Shown one piece after another: positions 37,741 through 47,814 of a stretch of DNA of 64,000 nucleotides. The translations under genes and the position numbers were made by a program. The stretch comes from Phyllosticta citribraziliensis (taxonomy: Eukaryota). The notes beneath the pieces were generated by a model. The model was given only the letters and a program-made list of their open reading frames with translations, made no database searches and was not told the origin of the DNA. The stretch's first letter is position 1, and each line of letters opens with the position of its first letter. The DNA lies in contig NW_027117339.1 of the NCBI RefSeq assembly GCF_038025025.1, forward strand, positions 1,116,001 to 1,180,000, read 5' to 3'.

Positions 37741-39265
37741 ATGTCGCCCTCGGACATGGACTTGCCAGGTCACGGCCGAGCCACCGGCGCGCCCCGCGAG
37801 ACAGCCCAGCAGAGCCGCGGTCATACCCCAGCCTCCAACCTCAATACCTCTGCACCTGCTGGTACCAGGTCGCGGTCAGATGGTGAGTGGTATACTCCTG
37901 TGACGTCGTTGCCTATGACTCTTCCCTCTACGCCTACTCCCACCGTCGCGCCCATCTCTTTTCTGTTCCTGCTCCTTGCATGCCCTCACCATTACTACAA
38001 CCACCATGGACGACTTTCTTCAAGACTTTTGGACTTATAAGATCTTTTCAGATTCATGGATCGAGGTGTCGTCTCAGCCCTCGTCCTCGTCGCTATCTTC
38101 GGCAAACGATGAAATCATAACGACCGGCCTCCGCGTCCAACACGACTCGAACCTTAATCGCCAAAGACGCCGCCAACAACACCGCGCCACGGGCCGTCTG
38201 CGTCTGGACGATTTGGGCCACCGGGGCTCCAGCGCTGGCACAAGCAGCCAGGAAGAGTACGAGGAGAGTGAAAGCGAGTCAGACCAGGTCTTGTCATCAT
38301 CGAACGAGGCACTCCCACCGCACCGGTCAGGCCGGAAACAGTATGCGATGTCGGACCACGCTGCCTCGGACGCCGAGGACGATGAAGACGAGAACTCTAC
38401 TGCTGTAGGATACAACCGCGCGAGTACAGAGCAATCGTTCGCCCCCCAGCCCAACGCCTTTACGCACTCGGGCTCTGCTCCAGTGTACCGCAACACGCCA
38501 ACCCAGCAGCAGACGTCGTACTTTGAGCGTCCTCGAGCAAGAAGAGCGTCCAGCCAGCGCCATTCATACCCATCGCAACAGTCTCATACTCCCTACAACA
38601 TCATATCGCCATCGCATCAAGCCGACCACGACGCAGCACTGCGGGCATCCCTTTCGACGCTTCTCTCCTGTGCTGCCGCTGCACGAGGACTGCCCAAATC
38701 CCAGTCTTCAAGGGCAGCCCCTGCACCCACGCCTTCGAGCCGCGTTGATCCATCGACTCTGCGTATGGTCCCCGAATCTGCGCTGCCGTCTTCGTCCTCT
38801 CCATCACCCCCTGTTCCACGTGCCACAACTGCCAAAACCTCGTCCTTGCGCACAACTACCAACGCTGCTACCAAAACGCAGTCGCGATCTTCTTCGGCGG
38901 ATAAGCACAAACGCCGCCACTCCCGTGACCGACGAGGTTCTACCAAGAAAGCTCGTCGTACCCTCTCATCCACCTCCATCGCCTCCCTTGATGATTCCAC
39001 AGCCACAACTCTGTCACCGACTCTTCTTACTTGGGTCGTCTCTGCTGGAGTGGTCGTGCTTGTATCGGCACTCAGCTTTAGCGCTGGCTATGTCGTCGGG
39101 CGCGACGCCGGCAGAGCAGAAGTGGAGATGCTTGGCGAGTTGGGCGGCAACGCTGGTGGCATCGGGGGTGGCTGCGGCAGCGAGGCCTTGGGCAGAGGTG
39201 GCGTTGCTGGGTCCGGGCTTGGTCTGAGGCGGTTGAGGCTTGCGGACGCAGTCAGGGTCTCGTGA
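37741..39265 (+). CDS. Uncharacterised Ser-rich, largely disordered protein with a C-terminal transmembrane helix
   Basis: Exon 37741-37882, GT-AG intron 37883-38051, long exon 38052-39265. Alternative in-frame ATG at 38006. TM helix LLTWVVSAGVVVLVSALSFSAGYVVG. Confidence 0.8.
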
Positions 39266-40509
39266 AGAGATGGCACCACGAGGTTCGTTGACCTAACACT
39301 GAATGTGTTGGCTTGAGCCGCGCCCATCTGGGGTTGGTAATCTCTGCTAAGCATCAACAGCAGATGTACCAGTCACAATGAGTTGCGGACATGTATGCCG
39401 GATACCTATTTGCCGCCACGACTACACACTCAAAAGAGGGAACAGCGCCGGTCGCACAGCTTGCAAGCCGAAGCGGTCTGCTGAATGGGTCGGTCAAAAG
39501 TGACAAACTCAAGTCAGTTGTTACGCTGCAAGTTACGCTGCAAGGGCCGACCGACCCTTGCAGGTATTTAGACGTACTGCCTAGCATCAGGAGCTAGGAC
39601 AGACACCACAGCCACGCGATGGACAGCATTTGGAGCATTGATAGGTCTGTTGATGGAGGCAAAGCGACATCTGCCCGTATCCAATACGCCTAGTTAAGCA
39701 GTGTCAACGCCTACGAAGGAAGGTACGGAACAGCCGTCTAGCATCACTTATGAAGAACGGCGTTTTCATTCTGGGGGAATTTCTTCTTTTCACGAGCGGG
39801 TATAAGGGTTCCATAGGCAGGGGTTTTCTTTGTTTCCTTTTCTTTTTCCTAATACCTTCATCATATCTAGCGTATCTCACTACCTTTCACCTCCAGTCTG
39901 CGCCCGAGTCTCCTATGCAAGAACAGTGTCTCGTTCACCGTTTGAAATTGATTTTCAACCTGATTTCTAGCTGATGACGGCACTCCGTCACCGCCGATTG
40001 CCATCGTCTTCGTAGGGGTCAAAGCAAGGCAGACATGACCCCCTTATACCCCTTGAGCAGCTGGCCGAAATGGTAGAACTCTATTGGCACCAAATGATTC
40101 GCATTGCTTGCCAGACATCCTGAGCCTCGTAAGTCAGGTCTACAAAGGGAGCCCCTGAAAGCGGGAGCCGAACTAACAGCGTCCTCCCGCAGACAACCCA
40201 GCCGTCCTTGCAATTGACTCTCAGTTTCTGGAGGAGTCGAGAACATGTTTTCTTGAAGTTCCAGTAGGAGAATTGATGTTCTGAGCGGAGGAGAACGAAT
40301 CAAGTGACTGGATCTCGGGGCTGGTGCAGAACGTGGTTTGGTGAATGCATTGAAGCGACTGTTTGCTTCGCTGTTGCTTCTGCACTCTTCACCATTTTCC
40401 AGCGTGTTCTAGCGTAAGAGTTGCTTCTACGTTCCACTGTGAGTTTCTCTTTCCCTGTTCAAAACTCGCATTCATGCGTTTGATTTCTGAGACTTATTCA
40501 CTCTGGAAG

Positions 40510-41508
40510 ATGTCTGACCCTAATCCCCATGGTCGCAAGGAGCAGGGCAAGTCGAAGAGCCGTCTGGAAGAGATGATCTTGGAAGAAATCTCGCGTCAGC
40601 TTTCGCGTCAGCCTGGAAACACTGATCAGGCACGTTCTGGTGGATCTGAGGGAAACATACCCAGCTACAACACTCCACTGCCGTTGATCATCGTCGGAAA
40701 CGTCCAGAATCTGAGCTTGAACTCGAGTCAGCCCCCGGCTGTCCTGGGGACAGACGTCCACTACCAGCCTCAGCACGCGACCTACTTCTCCGGCGCTCGG
40801 AACGTCTACATCACAGGCGGAATCTCGCGATCTATTCGCCCCTGCGAACAAGGGCACGGCGAGAGAAACACAGCCGGTGGCACTGCTCCTGGAAGCACTG
40901 ACCGCGGTGATGGATCCATCACAGTCATCGACGGCGAGGTCCGCAACCCTATCACACATCTTCAGTCTCTGCGCTACTTTGACGGCGCCCAACACGTCAC
41001 CATCACCGGCGACGCGGTCATGAATTCCCATCAGCCCGTCACGCACGCGCCCGGTGAAGAAGCGACGTTTCCAGCGCCATCCATGTGCGACGAGAACCCA
41101 GCAAACCAGCTTGACACGCCCGCCGTTGTCCAGCAAGCCGCAAACGCTCCTGTTGTCCCCTCGGTCCACAGCACCCCGGCTCCTCCCCCTGAACCGGTTC
41201 AGGACCGCATCTCGCCTGCCAACCAGCCACCGCCCTTTGCTACCGTCACGCCGTCGCCCAATCCCCGGGGGTGGGAGAGCCATGCGGCCGAATCGTCCCT
41301 TCGCGCAAGCAGTGAAGTTGGTATTGGTCCTTCCGGCACCACCATTGATTCGCCGTCACCTTCGCCGCGCCCGTCCGAGTCGGCCGGTCCCAAAGGGGTG
41401 GGTCAAGAGGGAAAGGCCAAATTTCGCTTGCGTGTGGCTGGTCGCTCGTGGCTCTTTGGTCACAAGACGAAGAAAGACAACAGCTTTGGCGAGGAGGAGG
41501 AACATTGA
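40510..41508 (+). CDS. Orphan protein (about 332 aa) with internal YFxGAxxVxITG pseudo-repeats and a Pro-rich tail
   Basis: Uninterrupted ORF from ATG 40510 with C-rich third positions. The repeats are more alike at the amino-acid than the nucleotide level. No family recognised. Confidence 0.6.
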   Translation: MSDPNPHGRKEQGKSKSRLEEMILEEISRQLSRQPGNTDQARSGGSEGNIPSYNTPLPLIIVGNVQNLSLNSSQPPAVLGTDVHYQPQHATYFSGARNVYITGGISRSIRPCEQGHGERNTAGGTAPGSTDRGDGSITVIDGEVRNPITHLQSLRYFDGAQHVTITGDAVMNSHQPVTHAPGEEATFPAPSMCDENPANQLDTPAVVQQAANAPVVPSVHSTPAPPPEPVQDRISPANQPPPFATVTPSPNPRGWESHAAESSLRASSEVGIGPSGTTIDSPSPSPRPSESAGPKGVGQEGKAKFRLRVAGRSWLFGHKTKKDNSFGEEEEH

Positions 41509-42530
41509 GACTTGAAAGTCTGTTGGCTAGCCATGTCGACAGCAGCGAGTTCGCGAGGCTTTGATCCTAGGATGGTCCTGTACAAGAGATGAGAATGAGT
41601 GGTGAAGACTTTGGTGTTTCTTGTGTGGATTCAGTGAACGGTTGGTTGGACCTGTCGGATGTTCTTGCCTCAAAGCGTCGTCGGGTAGAGGCAAAGGGAA
41701 AGTGAACAGCCTGCACACGCTGCAATCGAGAATGGAAGGAACTCGTATTACTTGTTCATCCTTCAATTCGTCGCCTGTCTTCATGTTATGTCTATCTCTT
41801 CCTTTCTCCCTCTCCCTCTCCCTCTTCGCTCTGCCGTCTGACTCGTTCGTTTATCGCATTCTAGCAGGATATTTTGATGTGCAGTTTTCTCTTGGACAAG
41901 GTGGCAGCGGTAAGCATCTCAATTTTCAAGCCCTACTTCTGAAATACCGCTGGTTTCGAGATACAGCCTCCCTGTGACTACTGCAAACCACGTTTTTCAA
42001 AGTGTTTTGTTTACAGGCCCGCATATGGAATTCTACATGGAGGATCATGTGCCTTGTGTCGCACGATGCAGAGGCAGTGCTCTCATGAGCGCTTGTTTGG
42101 CTCCCGGACGTTGAAATTGGTCACTGTGGCGCAAGCGGATCTGGACCTGCTGCTGTGGGATTGGAAGGAAGCTACTGAGAAAGCCGACTCGGCAGAAAGT
42201 AGGGAACAGCCTCCGTGGCCTTGACAGAGCTGGGTTGGGAGATCCAAGAGATCGAATTGATGAGGTTAGTCAGTGTCTGGTTTGATGAGTTGAAATGGGG
42301 GCACTTTGTCTTCGTCACTCGATCAAGGTGGAATTCAGCTTATTGTGAGACGATTCGACGTTACAGACTGTAGACTCGGGTTAACAGTGCGTGGCTGCCA
42401 CAATGTCTCGAATGAGCGAGCCTTTGCGAACAAGGCATTGTCCCGTACGTGTTGTTGTCACGGTCGGAAGCGAGGTCAATGAACAGTGCAGAGGGAGGTA
42501 TTTACATTATCTACTCTATCTTTGAAGGAT

Positions 42531-44744
42531 TTACCATCTACTCCGTGTTAGCTCGAGCATGATGCTTTTGGGGACGAGGGACTTACGAAAAGTGCTCGCT
42601 GTGGAGGTAGACCTCCTTGGCACCATTACCCGTGACAACCTGGAGCTGCGCCTCCGCAACCGCATTCCGCACATCGTAAAGCAGCTCAGCGGGGCCACAC
42701 ACGACGACGGCAACTGAGCGGCCGGACTCTCGCGACGCCGTGCGAATGATGGATCGCACGTCCGGCCGGCCCCGCGCCAGGTCTACGTAGTTCGCCTCGA
42801 CACCACCACTACCACCCGACTCCTTCGTCACGGCCTCCGGATCTGGGGATTGGCCCCGTGCAGTGAGGTGAGCGTGTGCCTGGACGGCGACGTCCTCGTC
42901 CGTGACGCCGTGCGTCTTGAGCAAATGCTCGACTTCGCTGATGAACCACTCCTTGACGCCCGAGACGCGGGTCGTCATGATCATCTGGATCTGCGTGCGG
43001 TGGCGATGATGCTGTTGCAGCTCTGCTTCTTCCTTGTTGGATGCGAACGGCTGCATGTTCCGACGTATTCCGTACTCGAGCAGTGGGAAAGCGAAACCTA
43101 CGCCTGACCCGCCGGCGATTAAGATGACGTCGTCGTGCTCGAACAGCTGCGCGGCGCCCACGTCGCCGTACGGGCCATCGATCAAGACGGGGAACGAAGA
43201 TGCCTTCGAAGGCTCGTCCGCGAGCTGTGCCAGCTTGCCCGTCAGCCCGCGCGCCGGCTTGATAATGAAGCGCAGCTGCGGCTCCATCTCAGGCCGCTCA
43301 GGGGGAATCGAGCAAATGGTGAACGGATGGCTGGAGAGGCTGTGGAGACCGAGTCCCATGAAGCGCAGAAAGACGTGCTGCCCGGGAGACCAGGTGAAGC
43401 CGGTCGGAATGGCCTTTTCGGCCGCTTTTTGGTGGTGGATGGGGATGATGGCTTCGACGAAACCGCCTGGAAGGATTGAGAGGCTGCCGATGTGGCAGAC
43501 GCCGTAGCTGAGGTATGTGCGGATGTTGGAGTAGAGGAGGCTAGTGACGTAGATGACGCCTGTTGCGATGAAGTAGTCCCTGAGTTTTCTCTCGTCAGTT
43601 ATTGACGCCTCCGGCGCAAGGGATGTTGCTCACCATGATGTCAGGCGGAAGTCGCAGTGGAAGAAAAAGAAGAGGACGAAGATCAAAGCAGCCAGATAGT
43701 GCGTTGCCTTGAAGAACTCGTAGAACCGGGCCCTGGACATCGTTAGCATGCATATTTGAGGACCCCTGGGGAATACAGTACCGAATGGGTCGGATGGAGA
43801 AAACGGTCAGGTACGCTTGCGCTAGCAGGGCAACCACTCCGGTCCAGTACACGACGGATGTGTTCCACTCCTCGACCATGTCACCCTTGTCAATGTGGTA
43901 CTTTATGAAAGGAAAGGTGTGAATCAGAGCCAGAAGGAACATGGCGTACGAAGCCCATTGGTGGAATATCTGGAGAGACGTGTTAGATCGTGGCTGAAAT
44001 TTTGTTCGTTATTCCGGAGCGCTTGCCTGGAGTCGTTCATGGGATATTCCAGTGACCAGGGTGATCAAATTCGCCTTTGCGGCAAGTGCACTTTCGAGAA
44101 TTAGCTTGGGCGCATTCTCATCTGGCGCCGCTTGACTCACAGGACAAAGGGCAGCAACGCGACGGCCATCCAGCCGGTTCTCGTGGCGAGTGGAGGAGAG
44201 CTTCCGAAGGAGGCTGTTATTGGCCAATAGTATGGTTTGGGTCCGAACGTCAAGCCTGGGAAAAGGCGTCAGTTTTCCTCCCACGCATTTTGCGACCCAG
44301 CGTACCAAAGAAAAATATTGTGCCAGCAGCACCCAGAAGAAGGTAACTGAGGGGCGACGTGTACGACCCTATCCATGGGAGACGGAAGCTGCGGTAGGTA
44401 AAGTATCGAAGTATGGCGACGATTCGTCGGGTTGGGGAGCTGACGGCCCGCGGCTTTGTTGATATCCTCGACAAGACATTTCCGACAGTGACCAGGCCAA
44501 TGGCGCCAATGACAAAGTATACTGTCGTGAGGGCGAATCGGTGGTCTGCTTGGTACCTGCATGCCAATTAAGCATAGGTTAGCAACATAAGGCGGGTAGG
44601 GTAGTAGCTCCCGTGGCGCTACTGGGGAGCTTACCAGTATCTCCAGAAGCCGTTCCTGTAGGCGCATTGTTCAGGGTTCAGCTTGCAGTGGTCCATCCGA
44701 GATGAATGCAGCATCACCGGCGAGTCAAGCCAGGGAGCGCCCAT
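42531..44744 (-). CDS. Ferric/cupric reductase-like transmembrane component (FRE family)
   Basis: Heme-binding His motifs (IFHQW...LIH; KATH...FFHC), FAD motif HPFTI, NADPH motifs DGPYG and IAGGSG, and CGP...LHSEHFSW. Seven exons, introns 44634-44557, 44305-44256, 44026-43970 (GC-AG), 43781-43733, 43633-43580 and 42586-42538. Confidence 0.9.
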
Positions 44745-44801
44745 GGTGAAAGAGGTCGTCGGACAACAAACGAGTGGAACGCTCTGCCCACGGGTTGAAG
44801 G

Positions 44802-44809
44802 TGAGCACA
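44802..44809 (-). promoter_or_regulatory. Candidate Mac1-type copper-responsive element (TGTGCTCA)
   Basis: TGAGCACA on + equals TGTGCTCA on -, 58 bp upstream of the FRE ATG. Related GCTCA cores at 44984 and 47390. Confidence 0.35.
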
Positions 44810-45109
44810 GCAAGCGTGCGGATCATATACCGAAGCTGACAGAGGGCGAGAAGGTGTCGAGTGAATTGCGACGACGGTGATTCGATAGCGAGATGGGCGC
44901 CATGGTCGGAGCGAGGCATCAATTGCGGACGGAGGCGGCGCAAATTCGAGGTCGTTAGGTTGTGGGTGGGTGTTGCGCATGATTGAGCATGTTAGTACCG
45001 TTTCGGGCAATTCAGACGACGCATCTCGCAGAGTGGAACCACGGACGGCAGTCGATTCTCTCGCCTGTCATCTATCCCACGCAGCATCAAATGCACAAAC
45101 ACTCGCTAC

Positions 45110-47015
45110 CTATGCCGCATCATCCGAACTTATCATCGCCACCGTCTCCACAATGTTCCCCTTGGTCGTGTTCTTCTTCTCGCTGCTGCACCTCTCCCAC
45201 TGCCCTCTGGCCTTAGGCCTCCAACTGAGCATAGCGCCGGCTCCACCCGCGACGCTGTCAGCCTGCACTCCCTTGGCGCGGAGGATGCTCGTAGCTACCC
45301 TCGCCGTGTCACCATTGTAGCACACGACGAGAATCTGCCTGTCCTGCAGTCTTGTCACTCCCGACATGCTGCATGCTTGGCTCTGCTCGCTGAAGAAGGC
45401 CTCCATCTCGACCCATTGCTCCTCCAGCGCAGCGCTGTCGAAAAACACTGAAGGCGTCTCGGCCTTGACTGAGCCCATTGGAGTGTTGACTGCTCCCGGC
45501 AGATGCCACTTGTGGTAGTCTTGGGGTTGCCGCAAGTCAAGCACCGTTGTTGTGGCTCTCGGCTCAAGGTTCCAAGGGAGATCTTCTGCCGCTCCATGTC
45601 CCGAAGTCACGCGAACGTCGAAGAATCGGCTCAAGGCATCCTCAATTGCCAACTCCCATGCTTCGTCATAGCGATACTTGTCGACTGCCCCAAGCCGCTG
45701 TAGCACCGTCAGTTGAGCTCTTTCGAAGGGTCCTGGTCGACTTACCGAGTCCACAATCGGGTGGAAGTGGCTGCTGTCCAGCTTTTCAAAATACTCGCCG
45801 ACGTACTGGTACGGCAGATCGCAGCACAGGAAGACGCAGTGGATTTCGCCATCCTCGTTGGCAATGTCCTTGAGGGTACCTTCCTGCTTTCGCTTCTCGA
45901 TGAACTGGTACAATCCTGCAACCGTTTAGACTGACGCCCGACAAACTTCAAGTTTCTACTCACCCTTGAGATTAAATCCCGAAGACGGGCCACAAATAAG
46001 ACCCTGGCGCGTAAGGGCAAGCGAGAGCGAATAGCTATCGACAGAACCGACTTCCTCCAGAGAATCAATCGCCTGTCTCCACGGGAATTCCACCGGAGAC
46101 ATCAAAGCAAGAGAGCGAGGACCGGGAACCCGATCTCCGGCGGCTGTGCAAACACTTTTCAAACTTTAGCCGCTTACTGCGAATCAACTTCGGGATACTT
46201 ACCCAACTTTGACAACTGATGGTTTGGCATCGTTGAAGAAAGTGCCCAATCCAGTCATGGTTCCAGAGGTGCCCATGCCGGCGCAGAGGACATTGATGTG
46301 CGGCAACTGCCGCAGGATTTGGGGACCGGTCCACCGGTAATGTGCTTTCCAGTTCTATGATTGCGTCAGCTCAGCACTTGGCTTCGGACTGGCAAAGGCT
46401 TGTTACCGCATCGTTCTCATACTGGTTCGGATTGGCAACGGTTTCGTCCGTCTGAGCCTTGCGGCGTGCTGCCTGAATGCCGCCCCTCTCGTCCAGTGGC
46501 TCTGGCTGCGAAGGACCGCCGTGGAGCTTTCTAGAGCCTCATTAGAAGTACTTTCGCCATTGACTGGTCCTTCTCACATGTTCAGTCCAAAGAACTGCAT
46601 GAGCTTCAGCTTCGTATCGCTGGTCTTGTTGCTGAGGTACGCCCTGGTATCGTCGATTCCATGGTACACCCGAGCCAGGAGTGACATGGAGATGACGGTC
46701 GAGCCCGAGCTGTACTCGATGATGGTTTGGGTCTTCCCTGGACACACTGTCCTGTCGAGTAGACCTCGAGCTTGGTACATGTCAGAACCAAGAGCCAAGA
46801 GCCGCCGAGAGAATGGATTTACCTGGAAGTGCTTTGACGTTGTTCGCCGGGAGCATCGTCATCATCTTTGCGTAAATGCGAACTCCATCTTTGCGATACG
46901 GATTCAGTGAAGCCGGGATCTCAACCAGCGGGAGAGGAGGTTGTTGATCAGGGTCGTAATACTTCCTCAACGAGTCCTCCCCCGTGTAAATGTTCAACGG
47001 ATTGGCCTCGCTCAT
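45110..47015 (-). CDS. PLP-dependent cysteine-synthase-like (fold type II) enzyme fused to a C-terminal rhodanese domain
   Basis: PLP Lys in ANNVKAL, EYSSGST loop, NQYEN, GMGTSGT phosphate loop and GPSSG. Then rhodanese VLDLR...HLPGA...VVCYNGDTAR...VAGG. About 6 introns (first 46822-46771, last about 45745-45698). Confidence 0.85.
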
Positions 47016-47814
47016 GGTTGTAGAGGTAAGCTGGTGGAGAATAATGGCAGAAACAATGCGCAGCGTGTCGTCAAAATAAGATGGACGTGAAGAGTTTTAG
47101 TACTCCAAACAGCGAACTCGAAACATGACTTTCCAACCAAAGATCATATCGCAGGGTTACCGTATTCGTGGTGCAAGGCCGGCCGTGCATTCACACCCTG
47201 ATGGCGCACGAGTCCACGTTTAATGGGTCTCGTGGGTGGAGGATTTTTGGGCCTCATTCCAGGCTGAAGGAAATGCTAATGTCGTGTTTGTACTCCTAGG
47301 GGCTCAAACATGGCAGCGCCATTCAACTCGTGCTAGAGGGGCTGCAACTTCTGCCAGCTGTTCTGGAAGGGGTCAAACAGCCGACCTTCTGAGCACTTAT
47401 GCGCAAATAAGCGGTGTGGTCCAAGCGGCTCGATGATCCTCCACCATCTGGTGATAGCTCGGGCGCCGTGCACAACATTCCTGAAACGGGTTAACCAGAT
47501 GCCGGGTCCAACACCATCCTGCGTTCCAATTGGAGAGGCGTTCGGATTTATAGGCGCCCAAGACTTACTGAACAAGACTCGCGTGGCTGCGACTGGAGCA
47601 TCGCGACTGTGGATTTGGAGCCGCGCTCCACTCGCCCCCTCTCCACTTGTCGAATACTCACTCCGCAGTTTTGAGAACATTCTGACCCGCGCAAGGAGGA
47701 GCGTGCTGCTGCGAATTCGCATTGCCATTGCCGGGCTCCGTTTCACCACTCCTTTAACACTGCCTTCTATTTTCTCTCCAAGCCACAGACTGCCGAACCC
47801 GTTCCAGCTGCGGC

